The position numbers were made by a program, and so were the translations under genes. A stretch of 64,000 bases of DNA from a virus (taxonomy: Duplodnaviria; Caudoviricetes): IMG/VR virus record IMGVR_UViG_3300033145_002422. The stretch is one strand, 5' to 3'. The notes under the pieces were generated by a model that was not told where the DNA came from, did no database searches, and saw only the letters and a list, made by a program, of their open reading frames with translations. Below, one piece after another: positions 22,202 through 29,963 of this stretch (positions are counted from its first letter, which is position 1; every line of letters begins with the position of its first letter).

Positions 22202-22998
22202 TAGAAATTGCAAAATATAGAGATAAGATATTGAAAGCGATGATTCTTAGAGATAAGAATAGAGGGAAAACCTCTTATACTACAGATGAAGAACAGTCTA
22301 TGTCTCTTATAGCAGAAAGAGAAGCTATAAGAATGGAGATTGTACCGAAAGGATATAGGAAGTTTGATATAAACAGTTTAACTGGTTTTTCAGAAAGTAG
22401 CGAACAGATTCTTAATGATGATTCTGCTTCTGAAGCTAAGAAAATTATATCAAAGTTTTTATGGTCTTCTTTGTCCATGGAAAGTTTAAGAGAAATGAAA
22501 TATGAGTTCATGAAAGAAAAGTTTTGTTCTATATCTAATGTGGATTATCGCTATGAAGATGGAACAAATGTAGTAATTTATGGTGGACATCAAAAAGGAA
22601 AGACTTTGTGTGCTTCTATTATAATGAATCATATTATAGATATGCATACGTATAATTCTAAAAATTATTCTCAAATTTATGATTGGATTTCTTTTGGTAT
22701 ATTAAGAGAAAATCTTAGAAATAAGAATGATGAAAATCTTACTTACTTAAAGGGAGTAGATTGGTTAGTTGTAGATGATATAATCGTCTTGGAGGGAAAT
22801 GCCAGGCAAGCAAAAAAATATGATGCATATCTTTTAGATTCGTTCTTTTTATCTAGAATAGAAGATGAATTGCCAACAATATTTGTTTTTAATTTTGATA
22901 TAACAGGTAAAACAAGTACGGCTTGGGAAGATTTATATGGAGTAGCAATTAATAAAATTATATCTAATAGCAATACTATAAGGATAGGTTTATTTTAA
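22198..22998 (+). CDS. DnaC/IstB-like ATPase (putative helicase loader)
   Basis: YGGHQKGKT Walker A, LVVDD Walker B, SRIEDELPTIF; directly upstream of DnaB. Confidence 0.65.
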   Translation: MIEIAKYRDKILKAMILRDKNRGKTSYTTDEEQSMSLIAEREAIRMEIVPKGYRKFDINSLTGFSESSEQILNDDSASEAKKIISKFLWSSLSMESLREMKYEFMKEKFCSISNVDYRYEDGTNVVIYGGHQKGKTLCASIIMNHIIDMHTYNSKNYSQIYDWISFGILRENLRNKNDENLTYLKGVDWLVVDDIIVLEGNARQAKKYDAYLLDSFFLSRIEDELPTIFVFNFDITGKTSTAWEDLYGVAINKIISNSNTIRIGLF

Positions 22999-24548
22999 TG
23001 GTTAATGAAAAAGAAAAAATTCAGATAGAGAGAGATTTTATAAGTCTTCTTTTATCTAATAAATCATTAGTTTCTAGTTGGGTTGAAAAGGGTCCAGAGA
23101 TAGAATTTTTTGAAGAATCTAATCATTCTATTTTGCATGCAATTACTTATTCTTATAATCAAGATGTTTTATTAACTAAAGGAAGTTTTCTTGATTATTT
23201 GAAAAGAAATAAGTTTAAGAAATTAGATATTCAATCGAATGAACATTTGTTTGATATACTTTCAATTTCATTGGTAAAAGAAGATGACTTCCCGAATCTA
23301 AGACTTAAAATTATGGAGTCATATGTAGGAAGGAATTCAATTCTTTATATGGAGAGATATAAAGAAAATGTTAAAAATGGTGGAGAAATATTTGCTTCTG
23401 AAAAATTAAAAGATCAAATTGCATCTTTATTGGAATTTTCTTCTGTAGAAAAACCCGTTATTTATGAATCTATTTCTGATTATGCAGTTGAATTTATGGA
23501 TGAGTTGATTAGGAAAAAAGATACTAAAGATGAAGAATCTATAAAATGTCATATTAAAGAAATTGACGATACGATGGTTGTAGGATTTTTTCCAGGGACT
23601 TTAACTCTTTTTTGTGGAGATGTTGGAAGTTTTAAGTCAACTATGATGCTTAACACTGGTATAAATATTTGGAAATTATCTAAGAAAAATGTATTGTTTG
23701 TTCCTTTGGAAATGCCAAGAGATAAGTTGTATCAAAAACTCTTATCAAGGGAGAGTGGAATTCCTTTTGATAGAATTGAGCGACCTAATAAATTGGAAGA
23801 AAAGGAATGGGATATATTAAAAGCTACCAGCAAGGAATGGGATGATTGGGATCATAAGTTTTATATTATGGATGTTCCGGAAAGAGTTCCTGTATCTTTG
23901 ATAAAAAGATCAATAGAAAAGAATATTAATATATTTAAACCAGATGTTGTTGTAATTGACTATATAGCAAACTTAGTTGCGGAGAAAAAAGCCGAATCAA
24001 CCAGAGATGATTTGAAAATAGGTGAAATGCTTAAAGATTTAAGACATATGGGTAGAAAGAATAGTGTTCATCCAAAAGGATTCGCTATTATTTCAGGCGC
24101 TCAGATAGGAAGAGAGGCATTAAAGAGAATAAGGAAAAGTACTAATAAAGCTATGTTTTATTCTGAAGACCTTCGCGGAAGTCATGAATATAGCGCTGAT
24201 TCTGATAATATTTATGCCCAGATGCCAGATCCTCAACAGCCAGACAAGAAACTTCATTTGTATGTAATTAAAGCTAGATATGGAAGAAAAACATTTTTGA
24301 ACGGTTCTTCAAAAGCGGTTTTGGATGTAAAACCAGAAACCAGTTTGATAAAAAGCATAGATGATTCATTCTTCCACAATCATCAAAAAGATATTCTTGC
24401 GAAGATTGATGATAATATACTTAATTTTGAAGATATATTGAATGATTCTCCTGACGAGGTTGATAACGATGAAGCTGCCAAAGTTCTTGAGGGTAAAGCT
24501 TCTAATGTAGATATTAGTGAATTTGATAATGATTTATTAGGTTTTTAG
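22998..24548 (+). CDS. dnaB: Replicative DNA helicase DnaB-like
   Basis: GDVGSFKST, PLEMP, VVVIDY, AQIGR, IKARYG. Confidence 0.85.
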   Translation: MVNEKEKIQIERDFISLLLSNKSLVSSWVEKGPEIEFFEESNHSILHAITYSYNQDVLLTKGSFLDYLKRNKFKKLDIQSNEHLFDILSISLVKEDDFPNLRLKIMESYVGRNSILYMERYKENVKNGGEIFASEKLKDQIASLLEFSSVEKPVIYESISDYAVEFMDELIRKKDTKDEESIKCHIKEIDDTMVVGFFPGTLTLFCGDVGSFKSTMMLNTGINIWKLSKKNVLFVPLEMPRDKLYQKLLSRESGIPFDRIERPNKLEEKEWDILKATSKEWDDWDHKFYIMDVPERVPVSLIKRSIEKNINIFKPDVVVIDYIANLVAEKKAESTRDDLKIGEMLKDLRHMGRKNSVHPKGFAIISGAQIGREALKRIRKSTNKAMFYSEDLRGSHEYSADSDNIYAQMPDPQQPDKKLHLYVIKARYGRKTFLNGSSKAVLDVKPETSLIKSIDDSFFHNHQKDILAKIDDNILNFEDILNDSPDEVDNDEAAKVLEGKASNVDISEFDNDLLGF

Positions 24549-24549
24549 C

Positions 24550-25230
24550 ATGGAACAGAATATATATATTAAATCGAAGTATGTAATAGATTCTATAAGA
24601 GATAAATATTCTATAGTAGAATATTTATCTTCTATTGGGATACATCCTCAAAGAGAATATGATGAAAAATATATTTATTTATGCCCATTTAAAAATCATG
24701 TAGAAACAAAACCATCGTTTACAGTTTATAGAAAACCTGATGGGCAGGAGGATTTTTTTTGTTTTGGATGCAAATCTTCAGGAAATTTTATAGTTTTATA
24801 TGCTAAGATGCATGAAATATCTTGGGTAGATGCGATAAAAGAATTATCAAAAGATTTTGATTTTAAAATTAGTGATCATATAGATTTTGTTATTAAGCAG
24901 TTGAAAGATAGTTTAGAATCAGATGATATAGAAGAAAATGCTAGAGATATATTTGGTTTTGTTTCTCTTAATCTAAGTACTATTGGATATAATTATTTAG
25001 TTAAAACTAGTTTTGATCTAGAAGAATATTCGTTTTTAGAAAACTTCTATAAAAAGATAGATCAATATATAGAGCAAGAAGATATCCATGGGCTTATAAA
25101 AGTAAATGAATTTGTTAATGGAAAAAATAAAATGAAGAAGAATCTTTTTAATTTAAGACTAGAAAAGTGGATTAAACAACAAAGAGAAAAAATGAAAGAA
25201 AAAATAGTTGGAGAAAGAATTAATGGATAA
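24550..25230 (+). CDS. Primase CHC2 zinc-binding domain protein (stand-alone N-terminal part of DnaG)
   Basis: CPFKNHVETKPSFTV...FFCFGCKSSGN; no TOPRIM motifs. Confidence 0.85.
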   Translation: MEQNIYIKSKYVIDSIRDKYSIVEYLSSIGIHPQREYDEKYIYLCPFKNHVETKPSFTVYRKPDGQEDFFCFGCKSSGNFIVLYAKMHEISWVDAIKELSKDFDFKISDHIDFVIKQLKDSLESDDIEENARDIFGFVSLNLSTIGYNYLVKTSFDLEEYSFLENFYKKIDQYIEQEDIHGLIKVNEFVNGKNKMKKNLFNLRLEKWIKQQREKMKEKIVGERING

Positions 25231-26008
25231 TTTTATTAATAAAATAATATGCGATGATTGTTTAACAACGTTGTCAGCGATGCCTGATGATTTTATATCA
25301 TTGACTGCTTGCAGCCCTCCTTACAATTTATCGATAAAATATGGAAATCACCAGGATAATATGCCATATGATAAATATTTAGAATGGTTAAAAGATATTT
25401 TTACGCAGGTTTATAGAATAACTAAAAGTGGTGGAAGAATTGCTATTAATATAGATTCTATGACTAATAGGCAAGATGATAAAGATGAAGAATATATAAG
25501 AGCAATTTATCCGCATTTATATCAGATTATGAAAAAAATAGGATGGAAATTCAGGACAGAGATATGCTGGTATAAGCAGAATGCGGTTGGCAGAAAAACA
25601 GCTTGGGGAAGTTATAAAAGTCCTTCTTCTCCTATTATTAGAAGGAATCATGAGTATGTTTTAGTATGGTCAAAAGATAAGTGGAAATTAGATGGAGATA
25701 AATCTCTTATTGATATAACTGCTGAAGAGTTTCAAAAATGGACACTAAGTACTTGGTTTATATCTCCAGAAATAAGAAATATGGGAAATCATCCAGTTCC
25801 GTTTCCAACTGAATTAGTAAGAAGAATAGTAAAGCTATTTTCTTATAAAGAAGATATAGTTTTAGATCCATTCAATGGAAGTGGAACAACTACTTATGTA
25901 TCTAATTTGCTTAAAAGAAAATTTATAGGAATAGATGTTAACCCTGAATATTGCAAATTTGCTAGAGATAGAATAGCTTCTTCAAAGGATTTATTTGAAA
26001 ATGAGTGA
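25223..26008 (+). CDS. DNA methyltransferase N4/N6, beta class (SPPY suggests N4-cytosine)
   Basis: SPPY before HPVPFP...VLDPFNGSGTT. Confidence 0.9.
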   Translation: MDNFINKIICDDCLTTLSAMPDDFISLTACSPPYNLSIKYGNHQDNMPYDKYLEWLKDIFTQVYRITKSGGRIAINIDSMTNRQDDKDEEYIRAIYPHLYQIMKKIGWKFRTEICWYKQNAVGRKTAWGSYKSPSSPIIRRNHEYVLVWSKDKWKLDGDKSLIDITAEEFQKWTLSTWFISPEIRNMGNHPVPFPTELVRRIVKLFSYKEDIVLDPFNGSGTTTYVSNLLKRKFIGIDVNPEYCKFARDRIASSKDLFENE

Positions 26009-26468
26009 TTTAGAATTTAATATAACTTTTTCTGATAATACCCTTATTGAGGGAAATGGAAACTATGAAGTTATAAAAAAAATTATGTCTGAAGATTTTG
26101 CTAATGATAGGGGGTGGATGTTAAGAACAATATGTACGTTAGAAACTGTTTCTGGTATTAGTGAATTATTATTGCATTTTTATAGTGATAAAAAAGTATA
26201 TATTATAGAATATATACCTTCGATTAAAGATGTTTTTTATAATCCTGATATCCAATGTTTGAATTTGTGGTTACAAAATAGCGGTTGGAAAGTTCCAAGG
26301 CCCAGCAAGGATTTAATTAATTCAGATAAAGAATTATGGAAGCATTTTTGGGAGGTTTATTTAATAGATTCTGAATATTTTGATCAACTATATGGAGAAA
26401 GAGAAAGTATTTATTTAAGTGATGGTGAATATAATGATAAAGATAATGATGATAATGAATTGGGGTAA
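26001..26468 (+). CDS. Hypothetical protein
   Basis: Coupled ORF with acidic C-terminus. Confidence 0.55.
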   Translation: MSDLEFNITFSDNTLIEGNGNYEVIKKIMSEDFANDRGWMLRTICTLETVSGISELLLHFYSDKKVYIIEYIPSIKDVFYNPDIQCLNLWLQNSGWKVPRPSKDLINSDKELWKHFWEVYLIDSEYFDQLYGERESIYLSDGEYNDKDNDDNELG

Positions 26469-26473
26469 ATTTA

Positions 26474-26698
26474 ATGAAAATTATTATATGTAAAAATTGT
26501 GGGCATGAAATGGTTGGATGCGATAATCATTATGGAAAATTATGTTTGAATTGTGGGTTTTTTATAGAGCCAGAATCTGATATTCAATTAGTAAGAGATA
26601 ATAAAAAAGTTAAAGAAAAATATTCATTAATTGCGATAAATAATATTAAAGATAAGTTCTTAAATAGAGGAGATAAAGATGACAATAAAATCGGATAA
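26474..26698 (+). CDS. Small zinc-ribbon protein
   Basis: CKNCG and CLNCG. Confidence 0.55.
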   Translation: MKIIICKNCGHEMVGCDNHYGKLCLNCGFFIEPESDIQLVRDNKKVKEKYSLIAINNIKDKFLNRGDKDDNKIG

Positions 26699-27242
26699 GA
26701 GTAAAGTTACATTAGATTTTGAATGTGAAATTAACAAAGAATCATATCTTGTCAAATTCCATTATACAGAAGAATTAGGGCAAACTATTTCTATATGTGA
26801 AAATAGTAGTGTTTCTACTGTTTATACTGGATACCCTGTAGATCTTTTTACTGAAATAGTTGATTTTTTACGAGCACAAAAAGTTATAGGTCATTCATCG
26901 GATATAGTTCCATCTATGTCAAAATCAAAGGATAAAGAAACTATAACTGGGAAAGAAGATAGTCCACTGCCACTGCCAATGCCTAAAGTAGATGAAGATA
27001 CCGCAGGAGATTCCGAAGTTGATGAAGTTGTATCTATAGTTGGAGATCCGGTACAATCATTTTCATCTGCAAAAACAGCTAATACTGATAAGAAACAAGT
27101 AGTTTCTAAAAATAAAGTAATTATTGAAGATGATTTAGATGGTAATGATTCAAAGATTGTAGAAGAAAGAAAACTCGCTGCTGAAAAAGCTGAGAATTCT
27201 TCTAGGAAATCTATAAAAAGATTAGATGAAAAAGAGGAATAA
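26679..27242 (+). CDS. Hypothetical protein
   Basis: SD aggag; charged low-complexity C-terminus. Confidence 0.55.
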   Translation: MTIKSDKSKVTLDFECEINKESYLVKFHYTEELGQTISICENSSVSTVYTGYPVDLFTEIVDFLRAQKVIGHSSDIVPSMSKSKDKETITGKEDSPLPLPMPKVDEDTAGDSEVDEVVSIVGDPVQSFSSAKTANTDKKQVVSKNKVIIEDDLDGNDSKIVEERKLAAEKAENSSRKSIKRLDEKEE

Positions 27243-27244
27243 TA

Positions 27245-27466
27245 ATGGAATACAATTGTAAATATTTTCCAATTAACAAATTAATTGTAAATGAAAAAGG
27301 AAACATAGAATCATTGTGTACAAAATGCCAATCAAAGGATTGTTCTAATCCAATAGAGTATAGAAAAATTAGTATTTTTGGAATAGTTCAAGAGGTAAGA
27401 TTATTTGTTAGAGGGATAGATCCAATGATTGTTTTACAGTGCGAAGGGTATGTTGATGAAAAATAA
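27245..27466 (+). CDS. Small Cys-rich hypothetical protein
   Basis: CTKCQSKDC...C; SD gagg. Confidence 0.5.
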   Translation: MEYNCKYFPINKLIVNEKGNIESLCTKCQSKDCSNPIEYRKISIFGIVQEVRLFVRGIDPMIVLQCEGYVDEK

Positions 27467-28259
27467 AAAACCATCTCTTTCTGATTATATAAAATTTAAA
27501 AAAAATCAAAGAGAAAAGTATCAAAGAGCAGCAATTATATCGGTAGATCATATTAATAAAATAAAGAAACATAATTCTTCTAAGGAAATCTTTTATCCGG
27601 AATATAAAGAATCTTTTGATTATGTTAATAAGATTTTTCCAAAAGCTAAAGTAAAAAATGTGTCTATTTTAATTGCTGATAGAAAGTTTTTAGATAGTTT
27701 GGGATATTCGTCTGCAAAAGGTTTTTTTAATAGATTAGAAGGGATTATAGTATTGCCGAATACGGACAAAATTGATGATAAAAAAGCATGGAAAAAGGTT
27801 ATATCATTGAGTAAGCAGGATGAAACAATAGTTCATGAACTATTACATTTTGTTTCTTCTACTCTTTCTGGGCCACCAACGAGTATGTTGGCAGAAGAAG
27901 AGTTCGCATATGGGTATTCCATTAATTATTTAAGAAGTAAAGGATATTCTGATGAATATATTATTAAGAGTATTCTTATGCCTTATTTAATTAATGATGC
28001 TATAGATAGAAGTAAAATAGCGAGAACAGCCTTAGTAAAATACGGATATGATTTAAATAAGTTTTCAATTTTATCCGATAATAAACAAGATGAAATATTG
28101 GATGAACTGGTGAATAAGAAAGATGTTTATGATATGATTGTAGAAGAAGCGGTAAAGAAGGGACAAGAACTAGTTAATGTATATTCAAGAAAAACAATTT
28201 ATATTCACGAAGACTACGATGATATAGAAAAAACAAAATATGATTTGTTAGATATATAA
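27456..28259 (+). CDS. Putative zincin-type metallopeptidase
   Basis: IVHELLH (HExxH) followed by EEEFAY. Confidence 0.55.
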   Translation: MKNKKPSLSDYIKFKKNQREKYQRAAIISVDHINKIKKHNSSKEIFYPEYKESFDYVNKIFPKAKVKNVSILIADRKFLDSLGYSSAKGFFNRLEGIIVLPNTDKIDDKKAWKKVISLSKQDETIVHELLHFVSSTLSGPPTSMLAEEEFAYGYSINYLRSKGYSDEYIIKSILMPYLINDAIDRSKIARTALVKYGYDLNKFSILSDNKQDEILDELVNKKDVYDMIVEEAVKKGQELVNVYSRKTIYIHEDYDDIEKTKYDLLDI

Positions 28260-28270
28260 GGAAAATAAAA

Positions 28271-28612
28271 ATGGCAAAAGCAAAAAATAGTTCCGCTAAA
28301 AAGAAAACTAGTTCAAGAATTAGAACTGCAAAAAAACCAGTTAGGGATTTCAGCAGTAAAGAATCTATAGATATTATAAAATCTATATTTACTCCTTCAG
28401 TTGATATAGATGAAATTAATCAATTGAATAAAAATAAAGAAAAACGGAAGGCGATGGATGAAAAGAATAAAATTTTAGACGATATGATAAAAATGGATTT
28501 AATAGATGAGAATATTACTCATGAATTTAGAAAAGAAAGACTCGAAAGACTAGAAGATGCTGAGAAAGCGTCTATAGCATATCGGGAAGAAATAACAGAT
28601 GATAGGGTTTGA
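28271..28612 (+). CDS. Hypothetical protein; frame stays open past TGA to 28786
   Basis: SD aagga; 57 further sense codons after TGA 28610-28612. Confidence 0.55.
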   Translation: MAKAKNSSAKKKTSSRIRTAKKPVRDFSSKESIDIIKSIFTPSVDIDEINQLNKNKEKRKAMDEKNKILDDMIKMDLIDENITHEFRKERLERLEDAEKASIAYREEITDDRV

Positions 28613-28791
28613 CCAACTCATGGTAAATATGCTGATATAGTAAGCAAGATGATACAATTTAATGATATAAAAACACACGGTTCTGAAAAAGAAAATATGA
28701 ATATTTTAGATAAAACTCATCAAGATTGGCCGCGTGGGCAAATTGATGATCATATGGCTTGGGTTAGGAAGCAGTTGGAGAGTTAATAATT

Positions 28792-29076
28792 ATGCCAATC
28801 TACATTTATCGACATCCTAAAACCGGAGATTTAATAGAAGAATTGCGTCCTATGAGTGAATGTAAAAAACCATTGGTATTGGCAGATGGTACAATTTGCG
28901 AAAGAGTTTTCGGCGGAGAACAAACCATAAATAATAAAAGAAGAAGACAGTATAGGGGAGTTAGAGGGCATGAAGGTTTTGAGGTAGATCCAGATTATTA
29001 TAAGGCTTTGAATCCTAAAAAAGTTCGCTTCAAAGATGGTCATACAGAGCCGTATAATCCAGATAAGCACTGTTAA
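28792..29076 (+). CDS. FmdB-like zinc-ribbon/regulatory protein (degenerate)
   Basis: MPIYIY...ICERVF N-terminal pattern; most Cys missing. Confidence 0.45.
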   Translation: MPIYIYRHPKTGDLIEELRPMSECKKPLVLADGTICERVFGGEQTINNKRRRQYRGVRGHEGFEVDPDYYKALNPKKVRFKDGHTEPYNPDKHC

Positions 29077-29137
29077 ATGTATTTTAAAGAAATAGTGTTG
29101 AATTAAAATCTATAATAATCCAGATAAACATTGCTAG
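29053..29137 (+). repeat. Imperfect 24-bp direct repeat of a gene 3' end (NPDKHC-stop twice)
   Basis: 29053-29076 tat aat cca gat aag cac tgt taa; 29114-29137 aat aat cca gat aaa cat tgc tag. Confidence 0.8.
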
Positions 29138-29146
29138 GAGATAATA

Positions 29147-29386
29147 ATGAATCCAGAATGGGTCTACTGCGAATTATGTGATTGTGTTGCCATGATATGT
29201 CCAAAATGCGGAAATAATTGTTGCAATGGAACGTATGGGCTTGAGGGGAAATGTGATGTATGTCCAGAAGTTTACGATATGCAAGATAAGGCTTATGAGG
29301 AAGGAACTAGACCTTTAAAAGATGGTTTAAGAGTTTTACCAGATTCAATGAAAGCATTATTAGATGAATTAGATAATTCAAAATGA
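29147..29386 (+). CDS. Small Cys-rich metal-binding protein
   Basis: CELCDC..CPKCGNNCC...CDVC; SD aggag. Confidence 0.6.
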   Translation: MNPEWVYCELCDCVAMICPKCGNNCCNGTYGLEGKCDVCPEVYDMQDKAYEEGTRPLKDGLRVLPDSMKALLDELDNSK

Positions 29387-29739
29387 AATATACAAGAAAA
29401 CAAATAATTGCTACCACTGTATTCGATGATGATATTTCTGACATGGAAACTATTGTTAATTTATTTAATACATTTTTTAAATCTACAGTTGATATATCCA
29501 TGGAAGTAAGAGATACAAAGACTAAGAATATAAAGTTTTATGAAAAAGTAAGAATTAAATCAGTAAATGAAAAAACAATAGACATTTTGATTTTTCAAAA
29601 AAGTTTTAACCTTTCTGTAAAAAGTATTCCTTTTGAGAATATCATTTCTATAAAACTTGTGACGGAAAAGCAGAATATAATAGCTGGAGATGATAAGCTT
29701 TCTAAGTTTGATTTTATAGATATCCAAGAAACAAAATAA
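29383..29739 (+). CDS. Hypothetical protein
   Basis: Coupled ORF (ATGA-type overlap). Confidence 0.55.
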   Translation: MKYTRKQIIATTVFDDDISDMETIVNLFNTFFKSTVDISMEVRDTKTKNIKFYEKVRIKSVNEKTIDILIFQKSFNLSVKSIPFENIISIKLVTEKQNIIAGDDKLSKFDFIDIQETK

Positions 29740-29759
29740 TTTATTTTAAGGAAATTATA

Positions 29760-29963
29760 ATGCGTGAAAATAAAACCAATTCTGTAATTTTAAGTGAAAG
29801 TAACATAAAGGCTTCTTCGCTTTTTTCAATGTTGTCTTATTTACATGATAAGGGTCTTATAAGTTCTAAAACTTTTTTAGAAACGTTTTCTATAGATTAC
29901 GATCAAGAACTTAATCAAATAGCTAAAGAGAACAAAGGTAACAAAGGTAACAAAGGTAAATAA
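29760..29963 (+). CDS. Small hypothetical protein
   Basis: SD aaggga; ends with (aacaaaggt)x3; stop abuts dnaE ATG. Confidence 0.5.
   Translation: MRENKTNSVILSESNIKASSLFSMLSYLHDKGLISSKTFLETFSIDYDQELNQIAKENKGNKGNKGK

Noticed and set aside
28610-28670. Selenocysteine insertion at TGA 28610
   Set aside because: Only 4-bp stems follow the TGA, no convincing bacterial SECIS, and no redox-motif context
29760-29963. Portal-protein fragment in small ORF (DKGLISSKT...DYDQE)
   Set aside because: Resemblance is too short and from memory only; cannot be supported without a search
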